Positions 28,240-37,948 of a stretch of 44,062 nt of DNA are shown here, piece after piece. Where the stretch lies: contig JAUWRA010000001.1 of NCBI GenBank assembly GCA_030610815.1, forward strand, positions 1 through 44,062, in the 5' to 3' direction. The notes under the pieces were generated by a model, which had not been told where the DNA came from, made no database searches, and saw only the letters and a list, made by a program, of their open reading frames with translations. The translations under genes and the position numbers were made by a program. Numbering within the stretch: position 1 is the first letter of the stretch; every line of letters starts with the position of its first letter. The stretch comes from Methanosarcinales archaeon (lineage in GTDB: Archaea > Halobacteriota > Methanosarcinia > Methanosarcinales > Methanocomedenaceae).

Positions 28240-29646
28240 TTAAAATTGGTTGAGGGTCAACTGGCGCCTCTTGCATTCTTCACCCGGTATCTCCACCGGA
28301 TACACTCCTGTCAGGCAGCCAAGGCACAGGTCATCCGCGGGGATTCCGACAGCTTCTACCAGTCCTTCCACGCTCACATATCCCAGGCTGTCAGCATTGA
28401 TGACCGCTTCCACACCTGCCACGGTCTTATGGGCCGCTACCAGTTCATCCCTGGTTGCCATATCGATACCGAGATAACAGGGTGACATAATAGGCGGGCT
28501 GCCTATACGCATATGCACTTCCTCGGCACCTGCCTTGCGCACCATATCCACAATACGCCGGGAAGTTGTACCCCTGACAATGCTGTCATCCATCAGGATA
28601 ACCTTCTTACCTTCAAGATTCTGCCTGATGGTATTGAGCTTCAGCCTGACCGCAGTCTCCCGCATTTTCTGGTCCGGCATGATAAAGGTCCTGCCAATAT
28701 ACCTGTTCTTCATCAGGCCTTCTATATAATCAATACCCGATTTTTTACTGTACCCGATGGCGAAAGTTATACCGCTATCCGGGATTGGTGAAATAATATC
28801 GGCATCAATGGCATGTTCATCCAGCAGCCTCTCACCAATGCGGATCCTGGTCTGGTAGACAAGCTGCCCGTCAATAATAGAATCAGCGCGGGCAAAATAG
28901 ATGTATTCGAACACACAATGGGCAGTGTTCTTTGCCTTGAACAAATGGTGGCTGGAATATCTGCCATCCTTGAATACCAGGACCTCTCCGGGCCGTACAT
29001 CACGAATAAGCTTACCGCCGATGGTATCAATAGCAGCACTTTCAGATGTGACCACATATCCCCCATCCAACTCACCCAGGCATAATGGTTTGAAACCAAG
29101 TGGGTCCCTTACGACCACTAACGTATCATCCACAAGGATGGTAAGGCTGTATGAACCCACCAGTCTCCTCATGACTTCCTCGACCGCACCCAGAATATCA
29201 GTTTTAAGAAGTTCCTTGACCAGCAGGCGGGCTATGACCTCAGTATCCGATGAAGTGAGGAATACCTGGCCTTCAGCCTCGAACTCTGATATAAGGTCCG
29301 CACTATTGACCAGATTACCATTATGGGCTATGGCAATGGTCCGGTCCATGAAATTCACTATCAATGGCTGGCTGTTCTCTATAGTGGAATCACCGGTTGT
29401 AGAATACCTTACATGCCCGATGCCCACAAAACCTTTCAGGTCGCTAAGGTTATACTTCTTAAAAACATCAGGCACAAGCCCCATACCTTTGAGGGTCCCG
29501 GCACTTTTGCCATCATGAACCGTAATACCTGTGGATTCCTGGCCCCTATGCTGCAGGGCATATAATGCATAATAGATCGGTAATGCAGCGTTATCCGATT
29601 CCCTATCATTTAATGCGAGACCGACAATTCCACAGGATTCACGCAA
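28240..29646 (-). CDS. purF: Amidophosphoribosyltransferase
   Basis: 468 aa. MRES-CGIVG N-terminal nucleophile arrangement, PRTase motif VILMDDSIVRGTT, C-terminal Cys cluster. TTG start. Confidence 0.93.
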   Translation of the reverse strand: MRESCGIVGLALNDRESDNAALPIYYALYALQHRGQESTGITVHDGKSAGTLKGMGLVPDVFKKYNLSDLKGFVGIGHVRYSTTGDSTIENSQPLIVNFMDRTIAIAHNGNLVNSADLISEFEAEGQVFLTSSDTEVIARLLVKELLKTDILGAVEEVMRRLVGSYSLTILVDDTLVVVRDPLGFKPLCLGELDGGYVVTSESAAIDTIGGKLIRDVRPGEVLVFKDGRYSSHHLFKAKNTAHCVFEYIYFARADSIIDGQLVYQTRIRIGERLLDEHAIDADIISPIPDSGITFAIGYSKKSGIDYIEGLMKNRYIGRTFIMPDQKMRETAVRLKLNTIRQNLEGKKVILMDDSIVRGTTSRRIVDMVRKAGAEEVHMRIGSPPIMSPCYLGIDMATRDELVAAHKTVAGVEAVINADSLGYVSVEGLVEAVGIPADDLCLGCLTGVYPVEIPGEECKRRQLTLNQF

Positions 29647-29699
29647 TAAGGTTCACCTGATAATTTGATTGTTAATAATGTAATTAGACAATGTAAAGT

Positions 29700-29879
29700 T
29701 CAGTCGCCATTTAATCCTGATTTTCTCTGCCATTTATAACTTCTCATACGAGTTGTTTTTTTGAATCCGCATGCAACACAAACCTTCTTATGAATATTCA
29801 ATGAAACTCTGCCGCAACGCCTGCACTTGATATGGAGGCGCTTCTGCCTCTTTCCCATTGATGGAGTACCTTTCGACAT
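29700..29879 (-). CDS. rpl37e: 50S ribosomal protein L37e
   Basis: 59 aa, one residue below the ORF-track cutoff, translated by hand: [59 protein letters not shown]. It has the CxxC...CxxC zinc ribbon and lies downstream of the Sm gene, as is usual in archaea. Confidence 0.85.
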   Translation of the reverse strand: MSKGTPSMGKRQKRLHIKCRRCGRVSLNIHKKVCVACGFKKTTRMRSYKWQRKSGLNGD

Positions 29880-29992
29880 ATTATTCTACCTTTTATGATT
29901 ATAATTCTTGATTATGACTGTATGATAATTACTACTCAAGGGCAATTCCCTATGTGTCCAGAGTAAATATATATTGTGGAGATCACACCGGC

Positions 29993-30247
<255 letters not shown>

Positions 30248-30414
30248 TTATTTATCTATCTCGTGTTTTAATTGCGTATTTCTTTTACATACAAGTGACA
30301 TACCATTTTCATTGGTAAATGCGGATAATGTAACCATTTCCAATAGCATTGCAAAAGATTAAATGCCAAACTATGAATAGTGCTTCAAAGTAGTTATACG
30401 CCTACTTAAAATTA

Positions 30415-30540
30415 TCGAAGACTTCTAATGAAGACTTCTATCGAAGATTTATATCGAAGATTTATATCGAAGATTTCTATTGAGGATTTCTATCGAAGAC
30501 TTCTATCGAGGATTTCTATCGAGGATTTCTATCGAATAAT
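30415..30540. repeat. 13-bp tandem repeat, ~9.5 copies (TCGARGAYTTMTA)
   Basis: Units start at 30415, 30428, 30441, 30454, 30467, 30480, 30493, 30506 and 30519, with a partial unit at 30532. The array ends ~15 nt before the ATG at 30555. Confidence 0.95.
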
Positions 30541-30554
30541 TAGGAATACGATAC

Positions 30555-31037
30555 ATGAAAGCAAAACCCAGGCATCAACTCCGGAAAAGCCAGCAAAAAG
30601 AAATGATCAATACGATCAGGAATATTCTTGAGGATGCCGACACTGTTATTGGAAATAAGCGCATTGAGTTAGCCCAGGCAGAGGATCAAAAACTGATACT
30701 TGTGGATGGAAAACCGCTCTTTTTCATTACAGATGGTGAGCCATTCTTTACTGTCCAGGGCGCATTGGAACTCCAACCTCAAAAAAGGCTGGTAATAGTA
30801 GATGCAGGTGCCGTTTCATTTATTGCCAAAGGTGCGGATATCATGCGCCCGGGCATTGTCTCTGCCGATCCTGGTATTGAAGAAGGGGATCTGGTCATAA
30901 TTGTTGAGCAGACGCATGGTAAACCCCTGGCCATTGGCAGGGCGCTGGTGTCCGGTGAACAGATGATCGGGGATAGTGGAAAGGTTATCAAGACAATACA
31001 TTATGTGGGTGACAGGATATGGAAGATCGAACTGTGA
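30555..31037 (+). CDS. PUA-domain RNA-binding protein
   Basis: 160 aa. C-terminal PUA-like AKGADIMRPGIV...GDLVIIV...GKPLAIGRALVSG...GKVIKTIHYVGD. Confidence 0.75.
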   Translation: MKAKPRHQLRKSQQKEMINTIRNILEDADTVIGNKRIELAQAEDQKLILVDGKPLFFITDGEPFFTVQGALELQPQKRLVIVDAGAVSFIAKGADIMRPGIVSADPGIEEGDLVIIVEQTHGKPLAIGRALVSGEQMIGDSGKVIKTIHYVGDRIWKIEL

Positions 31038-31149
31038 CAGGGGTTCAATATGATGCTTTCAGTTGCAGGAAAACAAAAACATATATGTAATGGCAATCGT
31101 ATAAGTTAGTTAGGTTATCCTGTTTAGATTATTATAAGGGTGAATATTA

Positions 31150-31524
31150 ATGGTAGCACTCAAAGAACTATTTAAGGGCGCAGCGAAGTCCAAATCCAAT
31201 GTTGACGAATATGTGGATCTTGATCTCAGTGATTATGAAGAGGTAATTGAGAACGAACCGGCAGAGATGTATATCCGCATTGCAGAGCTTAATAATTTGA
31301 ATGAATTACCTGACCTTAAAAAGGAAGTCTATGATGGCAATCTGCTTCTCGTTGACATTTCTTTGTTAAAAAGGGACAAATTCAATCTCGACCGTGCTAT
31401 CAAGGAACTTAAACAGGTAGTGGAGGATGTCCACGGCGATATTGCCGGTGTGGGGGAAGAGCAGGTGATCGTTGCCCCTATGGGTGTCAGGATCGACCGT
31501 TCCAAGATATTCGGTGGCAAATAG
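31150..31524 (+). CDS. sepF: Archaeal SepF-like cell division protein (DUF552)
   Basis: 124 aa. The pattern YIRIAELNNLNELPDLKKEVYDGNLLLVDIS...GDIAGVGEEQVIVAPMGVRIDR matches SepF. Confidence 0.7.
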   Translation: MVALKELFKGAAKSKSNVDEYVDLDLSDYEEVIENEPAEMYIRIAELNNLNELPDLKKEVYDGNLLLVDISLLKRDKFNLDRAIKELKQVVEDVHGDIAGVGEEQVIVAPMGVRIDRSKIFGGK

Positions 31525-32129
31525 TGAATAAGGACCCTGAACCTTTTATTACTAAAACCAACTGTCCGCTGTGCCAAAACTCCATTATAATTACCTGGCA
31601 GCCGGATAATATCCCGTTTTTTGGCGATGTTATGCATACCTGCTCCCAATGTGACTGTGGGTTCAAGTATGCTGATACAATGATCTTAACCCAGCGCGAG
31701 CCCATGAGGTTCACCCTGGGAGTGGAATCAATCGAAGACCTCGATATAAGGGTGATACGCTCTATTTCCGGGACTATCAGGATCCCTGAACTGGGAATTA
31801 ATATAGAACCCGGACCTGCAAGTGAATCCTATGTATCAAATGTTGAAGGTGTACTGTGCCGCATTGAGGATGTCGTGGGCATGGTGACACGGTGGGAAGA
31901 TGAGCCGCCCGGGAGCATAGAAAGGGCACATGAGATACTTGAGTCATTACGGCAGGTGAGGCTGGGTGAGCTTGGTATTACCATTATTATCGAGGACCCC
32001 CTGGGTAATAGTGCAATAATATCTGATAAGGCCATAAGTGAGGTCATGATACCGGAAGAAGCAAAGGGTCTGAAAACCGGCAATATCATATTGGAAAAGG
32101 ATGAACTGCCGAATCATTTTACGGAATAG
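31524..32129 (+). CDS. ZPR1-type zinc finger protein
   Basis: 201 aa. CPLCQN...(25 aa)...CSQCDCGF zinc ribbon followed by a beta-rich domain. The GTG start overlaps the sepF stop (TAGTG). Confidence 0.6.
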   Translation: MNKDPEPFITKTNCPLCQNSIIITWQPDNIPFFGDVMHTCSQCDCGFKYADTMILTQREPMRFTLGVESIEDLDIRVIRSISGTIRIPELGINIEPGPASESYVSNVEGVLCRIEDVVGMVTRWEDEPPGSIERAHEILESLRQVRLGELGITIIIEDPLGNSAIISDKAISEVMIPEEAKGLKTGNIILEKDELPNHFTE

Positions 32130-32292
32130 AGTGCCAATTCAGTAGTTACCAATGGAATGTGTCAATACATCGTGAACAAAACGAAGCAAAGAACTTAAGT
32201 ATTTGATACAAAATATGTTGTGATAAATATTCGTATTGTTCTGAAAAATATATATAGCAATAAATGTAATCCGTTATAAGGGAGTGTTAAAA

Positions 32293-32661
32293 ATGAAATC
32301 GTTTGCAGTAATAAGGGCTGAGAGCAGCATAAAGGTAAATGTGGCACTAAGGGATCTGGTCCGGTACGGTCATTTATCCTTTGATGATAGCCCGAAAAAA
32401 CTGGACCCCGAAGAGGCAGATAAAGTACTGGAGGATGTAATGCACACCAACCTAAGGAAAAACTGCAATTCAGCTGCAGTAGTTCCCCTGGGAGACCATG
32501 CAAGTTCAGCCATTGGAAGATTAAAAAAGATCCATCCCCCAGCCCATATAATAATCGTAAGCCCAAGGCATGATGCATTCTCATTACTTGCCAGGGACAT
32601 TGACGAAATGCCTGAAATGGAATTGGGTGCCGGAAGCGATGAGGAATACCAGGATTTTTAA
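32293..32661 (+). CDS. Hypothetical protein
   Basis: 122 aa from the ATG at 32293, which is preceded by GGGAG (the ORF track uses a GTG at 32284). Acidic C-terminus. No recognisable family. Confidence 0.4.
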   Translation: MKSFAVIRAESSIKVNVALRDLVRYGHLSFDDSPKKLDPEEADKVLEDVMHTNLRKNCNSAAVVPLGDHASSAIGRLKKIHPPAHIIIVSPRHDAFSLLARDIDEMPEMELGAGSDEEYQDF

Positions 32662-32719
32662 GAAATCCTGAAATAGCAAATACATCAATAATAATTAGAA
32701 AAGGTTGAGTTATATCCTT

Positions 32720-33211
32720 TTACTTTCGTTTAATTTTAACAATATCTCCAAGTGTTGTGCCCTGGAACCCGGTTCCATGCTCCATGGTGTCATGACTGAC
32801 CCGTTCAGTGAGTTTGATCTCCAGGCTGCGTTCAAGTTTCTTTCGCAAATTATCTTCAGGTTTGATCTCAGAACGCTCGATCTTGCGTATCAGGGCTGCC
32901 TTTTCCTTGATATTCAGGCCGAGTTCCTCCAGTGTCCATCCCTTTGTTTCCCTGGCCTCACGGATGATCTTGCTATAATCTGATACGATCTCATCATCCA
33001 TATCATCAAAAGATCTGCGTTTGGTTTTTCTTATACCTGGTTTGGGTTTGGGTGTAACTGCAACGGGTGCAACCTTTCTTGGAACAGGGGTCCAACCCTG
33101 TGATGCCTTACCATAATGGGAACAACTGCCGCAAACATTAAGTTCTGTTCCTTCAACAACTACTTTCCTTGGTGATCCAATAATCTCTACGCCGCATATT
33201 TCACACTGCAT
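32720..33211 (-). CDS. Archaeal multiprotein bridging factor 1 (zinc ribbon plus XRE-type HTH)
   Basis: 163 aa. MQCEICG...CGSC zinc ribbon and the HTH segment [26 protein letters not shown]. Confidence 0.85.
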   Translation of the reverse strand: MQCEICGVEIIGSPRKVVVEGTELNVCGSCSHYGKASQGWTPVPRKVAPVAVTPKPKPGIRKTKRRSFDDMDDEIVSDYSKIIREARETKGWTLEELGLNIKEKAALIRKIERSEIKPEDNLRKKLERSLEIKLTERVSHDTMEHGTGFQGTTLGDIVKIKRK

Positions 33212-33244
33212 TATAATTCAACCTTCGAAAAGGCTATATATCGT

Positions 33245-34534
33245 ATGAACTTAAATATTGTTCGGAGATTAAATATGACAGGAATCATTGAAGACGACAG
33301 TGTAAAAGGATTATCTGTCGACATTCCGCCAGAACTAAGAAATGATGATTTTTCACGATACCTTATTGACAGAATGCACCAACTGGAAGAAAGAAATCAT
33401 ATCCTGAGGGAGCAAAATCATAAGATCGAATCAGAGAAACGTTATGCTGAGTCCCAAAAAATAAAATTCGAACGGGATTTAAGGTCACTTACCAGTGAAC
33501 TGGAACGCTTGAAAACCTCACCTCTTATTGTGGGCACTATTGTTGAAGTTCTTGAAAACGGCAAACTAATAGTAAGGAGCAGCACCGGACCCCAGTTTGT
33601 GGTTGGCTTGTCAAAATTTATAAAAGGGTCTGACCTGGAACAAGGGGCCAAGGTGGCCCTGAACCAGCAAACCCTGGCAGTAGTGGGAGTGCTTCCTTCA
33701 TCCTTAAGTGCCCTTCTCAAAGGTGTAGAGGTCATAGAAACGCCAGATGTGGATTACACACAAATCGGAGGACTTAATGACCAGATCAGGGAACTAAGAG
33801 AAGCTGTAGAACTGCCCCTTACCAAACCCGAAGCCTTTACAAAGATAGGGATTGACCCACCCAATGGTGTATTGCTTTACGGTCCTCCCGGGACAGGGAA
33901 GACCATGCTTGCAAAGGCAGTGGCAAATCATACAAGTGCCACTTTCCTGCGTATCGTTGGTTCCGAACTGGTCCAGAAATACATAGGGGAAGGTGCGCGC
34001 ATGGTACGGGAATTGTTCAAACTTGCCCATGATAAGGCACCCAGCATCATTTTCATTGACGAACTGGATTCTATCGGGGCCAAACGATATGATGGCGCCA
34101 CGGCCGGTGACAGGGAGGTACAGCGTACCTTGATACAGTTACTGTCCGAGATGGATGGTTTCAATCCCAGGGGCGAGGTAAGGCTGCTGGCAGCCACGAA
34201 CAGGATGGATATCCTTGACCATGCACTGTTACGTCCGGGAAGGTTCGATAGGTTCATAGAAGTCTCTATGCCAGACCAGGAAGCCAGAGCAAAGATCCTG
34301 GGTATACATACACGGAATATGACGCTTTCGAAGACTATTGACTTTAATTACCTGGCTAAGATCGCTGATGGGGCCAACGGCTCTGAATTAAAGGCTATTG
34401 CAACAGAGGCAGGGATGTTTGCCATTCGAAAAGAGAAGGAACAAATTGAGGTTGAAGACATGGAAAATGCCATATCAAAGGTCCTGCTCAATAAAAATAG
34501 CTCAAGTACAGTTTCGGAAGGCATGTTTGTGTAA
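33245..34534 (+). CDS. pan: Proteasome-activating nucleotidase
   Basis: Coiled-coil N-terminus, Walker A GPPGTGKT, Walker B IIFIDELD. An alternative ATG at 33275 would leave a more realistic 63-bp divergent promoter region with the MBF1 gene. Confidence 0.93.
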   Translation: MNLNIVRRLNMTGIIEDDSVKGLSVDIPPELRNDDFSRYLIDRMHQLEERNHILREQNHKIESEKRYAESQKIKFERDLRSLTSELERLKTSPLIVGTIVEVLENGKLIVRSSTGPQFVVGLSKFIKGSDLEQGAKVALNQQTLAVVGVLPSSLSALLKGVEVIETPDVDYTQIGGLNDQIRELREAVELPLTKPEAFTKIGIDPPNGVLLYGPPGTGKTMLAKAVANHTSATFLRIVGSELVQKYIGEGARMVRELFKLAHDKAPSIIFIDELDSIGAKRYDGATAGDREVQRTLIQLLSEMDGFNPRGEVRLLAATNRMDILDHALLRPGRFDRFIEVSMPDQEARAKILGIHTRNMTLSKTIDFNYLAKIADGANGSELKAIATEAGMFAIRKEKEQIEVEDMENAISKVLLNKNSSSTVSEGMFV

Positions 34535-34652
34535 AAAATCATAATTTACAAAGTAATTTCCCTGTGTAGAATAAAGTAAAATATATAGCATTGAACGATA
34601 GATAAAGAGCAATATTGAACAAGAGTGTCGGTTCAGATAAGGGGAAAAATGA

Positions 34653-35000
34653 ATGGATAATATCTTTTTTATTTTCGATGCAATTGATTTCATTGTCAGG
34701 CTGTTGATCGTGGTAATCTTTTTCTTGATAGCTTCCACTATGAGAAAAATAGATCCTGATGTCATACGGTCCAGGTTGTTCCTTGAATATGGCCAGATCA
34801 TTAAAGCTTTTAATATGATGTTTGTCGGCTCGATATTTTTCTTTATTGCAGCAGTAATTGAATATTTGATCAATCCCACACCAGGAGATGATATGATCCT
34901 TATTATGAAAATATCTCTCACTATATTCCAGATCACTGTAATCTATTTTATTTTCATTTTGAACACAGCCATAAGTGCAGTTGGGAAACGTGGGATGTAA
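34653..35000 (+). CDS. Small multi-pass membrane protein, hypothetical
   Basis: 115 aa with three to four hydrophobic segments. It ends 1 nt before the Roadblock gene start. A competing antisense ORF was rejected. Confidence 0.45.
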   Translation: MDNIFFIFDAIDFIVRLLIVVIFFLIASTMRKIDPDVIRSRLFLEYGQIIKAFNMMFVGSIFFFIAAVIEYLINPTPGDDMILIMKISLTIFQITVIYFIFILNTAISAVGKRGM

Positions 35001-35001
35001 T

Positions 35002-35367
35002 ATGGCAACATTAAAGGAAAAGCTTGAAGAAATTTTAATCCAGCTGGAATCATTGGGTGATATCAAGCTATCTGCCATCATCTCCCGCCACGGACTGTTA
35101 ATGGTATCCAGGGCCACCCAGGATTCTGACTGTGAAGCCTTTGCAGCCCTGGCAGCCACACTTCATATGTCTGCTGAGTCCACTACAAAGAGACTCAGCA
35201 ATGAAGCGCCTAATTCAATTATTGTGGAAACCGATGAGAACAGCCTGATCACCTATTCTGCCGGTCCTAATGCCCTGATTGTAGTACTTGCCAGCAAAGA
35301 AGGGGGCTTGGGTCTTATTTTAACTGAGTTGAAAAAAGCTGCCGAAAGCGTGGAAAACCTGGTTTAG
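35002..35367 (+). CDS. Roadblock/LC7 (MglB-like) domain protein
   Basis: 121 aa from the ATG at 35002. LEEILIQLESLGDIKLSAIISRHGLLMVSRA...AFAALAATLHMSAE fits the Roadblock/LC7 pattern. Confidence 0.65.
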   Translation: MATLKEKLEEILIQLESLGDIKLSAIISRHGLLMVSRATQDSDCEAFAALAATLHMSAESTTKRLSNEAPNSIIVETDENSLITYSAGPNALIVVLASKEGGLGLILTELKKAAESVENLV

Positions 35368-35447
35368 CGTCCTGCTGTTTATTTTCCCAACCGGGTCCCA
35401 TCAAAGATTTTATCACGTAAAACTTATATCACTGATACGAAGAGCCT

Positions 35448-36623
35448 ATGAAAAATTTATATCAGGATATCATTGAAAAGGATTCAAAGTATGTCTTCCA
35501 GAACTATACCCGCCAACCCATAGCCATTACCAGCGGACAGGGTGCATTGGTCCGGGACAGCCAGGGTAAGGAATATATAGATTGTGTTGCAGGGATCGCG
35601 GTCAACAATATCGGCCACTGTCATCCGGCCATAGTGGAAGCGGTTAGCAGGCAGGTGTCAGAACTAATTCATGTTTCGAACTTATATTATACCCGCCAGC
35701 AAGCCGAACTGGCAGCCAGGCTTGTACCCAGGACAGGCATGGACCGTGTGTTTTTCTGCAATTCTGGAACAGAAGCTGTAGAAGGTGCGTTAAAACTTGC
35801 CCGCAGGGCCACCGGACGAACCGATTTTGTGGCTGCTGAACACAGTTTCCACGGCAGGACCATGGGTGCGCTGAGCGTGACCCACAAACCGCAGTACAGG
35901 GAGCCGTTCCAGCCTCTCATCCAGAAGGTGGTGTTTGTACCCTACAACGATGTGGAGGCAATGAAAGGTGCCGTGAACAACGACACGGCCGCCCTTATAC
36001 TGGAACCTATCCAGGGTGAAGGAGGTATCCGCGTTCCCGATAACGGTTACCTGCAAGCGGCAAGGGATATCTGCGACGATGCTGGTGTACTGCTCATATT
36101 TGACGAGGTACAGACCGGCATGGGCCGGACCGGAAAATGGTTCGCACGTGAACACTCAGGTGTAGTGCCCGATATCATGACAATGGCCAAGGCAATGGCA
36201 GGTGGATTGCCCATTGGTGCACTGCTGGCAAGGGAGGAGACCGCTTCTAAGATGCAAAAAGGTGACCATGCAGCCACCTTTGGCGGCGGGCCCCTGTTAT
36301 GTGCGGCTGCCCTGGCATCACTTAAAGTAATAGAAGATGAGGGACTGGTAGACAGGTCGGCCCGGATGGGACGCTACCTGGTAGATAAACTTGAAAAACT
36401 TGAATTGGAAGCTGTCAGGGAGATCAGGGGAAAGGGATTGATGGTAGGTGTGGAACTGGCAGTCAAATGCGGGCCCGTTGTTGACTATGCAATGGAGAAC
36501 GGTGTGCTGCTTAACTGTACGTCAGACTCTGTACTGCGATTCGTGCCGCCCCTCGTGATAACACAGGAGCAGATAGATAGAGTGGTAGACGTTGTGGCGC
36601 AGGGCATTGTGAGGGCAGAATGA
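35448..36623 (+). CDS. argD: Acetylornithine (or LysW-type) aminotransferase, class III
   Basis: 391 aa. LIFDEVQTGMGRTG and PLP-lysine context DIMTMAKAMAGG. Confidence 0.85.
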   Translation: MKNLYQDIIEKDSKYVFQNYTRQPIAITSGQGALVRDSQGKEYIDCVAGIAVNNIGHCHPAIVEAVSRQVSELIHVSNLYYTRQQAELAARLVPRTGMDRVFFCNSGTEAVEGALKLARRATGRTDFVAAEHSFHGRTMGALSVTHKPQYREPFQPLIQKVVFVPYNDVEAMKGAVNNDTAALILEPIQGEGGIRVPDNGYLQAARDICDDAGVLLIFDEVQTGMGRTGKWFAREHSGVVPDIMTMAKAMAGGLPIGALLAREETASKMQKGDHAATFGGGPLLCAAALASLKVIEDEGLVDRSARMGRYLVDKLEKLELEAVREIRGKGLMVGVELAVKCGPVVDYAMENGVLLNCTSDSVLRFVPPLVITQEQIDRVVDVVAQGIVRAE

Positions 36624-37717
36624 CGCATGCTAAGGAATTCATAAAGGGCTCCATCAAGGGAATAAAGGAGTACGTACCAGGCAGATCCACTGAGGAGGTA
36701 GCTGCCGGCTATGGTATTGAATCTGGTAATATCATCAAACTGGGCTCGAATGAGAACCCGCTGGGTCCCTCGCCCATGGCAGTAGAAGCAGTGCGTAACA
36801 TGGCTGATACTATAAGCGTGTACCCTTCGGTAGACGCTGCCGAACTCAGGTGTGCCCTGGCAGACTATGTGGGTTATCCGGAAGATAATGTGGTCCTTGG
36901 TGCAGGTATGGACGGTGTGGTAGATACACTGATGCGACTCTTCGTGCAGCCCGGTACTGATGTTATTATTCCCACCCCCACGTTCTCATACTTCGAGATC
37001 GCTGTCAGGTCGGCAGGCGGGGTGCCGGTCTATGTGAAACGTCTGCCCGATTACAGCGTGGATACTGACTCAGTGATCTTAGCACTCAGCGATTCTACAC
37101 GTTTTATCTACCTTGTCTCACCCAATAACCCATCAGGCAATACTGTACCGGAAGCCGATGTCAGGAAGATCGTAGAATCCACCCGGGCACTGGTGTTCCT
37201 TGACGAGGCCTATGTGGAGTTTGCAGACAGGAGCCTTACTGGCCTGGTAACAGAATATGATAATCTCATCGTGGGCCGTACCATGTCCAAGGCTATGGGA
37301 CTTGCAGGTCTAAGGGTTGGTTACGCCGTGGTACCGCAGTGGATAACCAGGGAATATATGACGGTGACCACCCCATTTGCCATAAGCAGGATATCTGTGG
37401 CAGCAGGACTGGCAGCCCTGCAGGACACTGATTACAGGAAAAGGACTATTGAGAATGTGCTAACAGGCAGGCAGTTTTTAAATGATGGATTATCTGGTCA
37501 TTGCAGGGTATACCCTTCTGAAGCGAACTTCATTATGATCGATGTATCTCCAAACAAGAGCAAAGAGGTCACAGAGGCGTTGTTGGAAGAGGGCATCATC
37601 GTACGTGACTGCACATCATTCAGGGATGCGGGGGGGAGCCTGATAAGGATAACTGTAGGCACCCCTACCCAGAATATCAGGCTTGTGGACGCACTTACAC
37701 GAATATTACAATTATAA
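36620..37717 (+). CDS. hisC: Histidinol-phosphate aminotransferase
   Basis: 365 aa. SPNNPSGN and RTMSKAMGLAGLRVGY motifs. ATGA overlap with argD. Confidence 0.88.
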   Translation: MTHAKEFIKGSIKGIKEYVPGRSTEEVAAGYGIESGNIIKLGSNENPLGPSPMAVEAVRNMADTISVYPSVDAAELRCALADYVGYPEDNVVLGAGMDGVVDTLMRLFVQPGTDVIIPTPTFSYFEIAVRSAGGVPVYVKRLPDYSVDTDSVILALSDSTRFIYLVSPNNPSGNTVPEADVRKIVESTRALVFLDEAYVEFADRSLTGLVTEYDNLIVGRTMSKAMGLAGLRVGYAVVPQWITREYMTVTTPFAISRISVAAGLAALQDTDYRKRTIENVLTGRQFLNDGLSGHCRVYPSEANFIMIDVSPNKSKEVTEALLEEGIIVRDCTSFRDAGGSLIRITVGTPTQNIRLVDALTRILQL

Positions 37718-37754
37718 TATCAAGAACATAATATCTTTGACATCTATCCGAACA

Positions 37755-37813
37755 CTTTGCGCTCTTTGCGGTGTATGATTTTGGTCACCGCAAAGAGCGC
37801 GAAGTCCGCAAAG
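37755..37813. repeat. Hairpin-forming inverted repeat of the CACCGCAAAG family
   Basis: CTTTGCGCTCTTTGCGGTG (37755-37773) pairs with CACCGCAAAGAGCGCGAAG (37786-37804): 19-bp arms, 1 mismatch, 12-nt loop. The right arm extended to 37813 is colinear with 20476-20503. Confidence 0.85.
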
Positions 37814-37836
37814 ATAGTCTAAATTGTTTGGTTTTT

Positions 37837-37948
37837 GACTATAATTGCATTAACGGGTACTTCACATGATAATCGTATTGACAGGTACTCCACATGATAA
37901 TTGTATTGACAGGTACTCCACATGATAATCGCATTGACAGGTACTCCC
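37837..37948 (+). repeat. 28-bp tandem repeat, 4 copies, whose last copy is the real start of the downstream gene
   Basis: Copies at 37837 (degenerate), 37865, 37893 and 37921. Unit CATGATAATCGYATTGACAGGTACTCCN. The last copy encodes MIIALTGTP. Confidence 0.95.

Noticed and set aside
30428-30631. 67-aa ORF with a repeating SIEDFYRR peptide
   Set aside because: It arises purely from reading through the 13-bp tandem array (3 units = 13 codons). It also overlaps the real PUA-gene start in another frame.
34539-35159. 206-aa minus-strand ORF
   Set aside because: It overlaps both the Roadblock gene (recognisable family) and the membrane ORF on the plus strand. Its Cys/His/Asn-rich composition is not protein-like.
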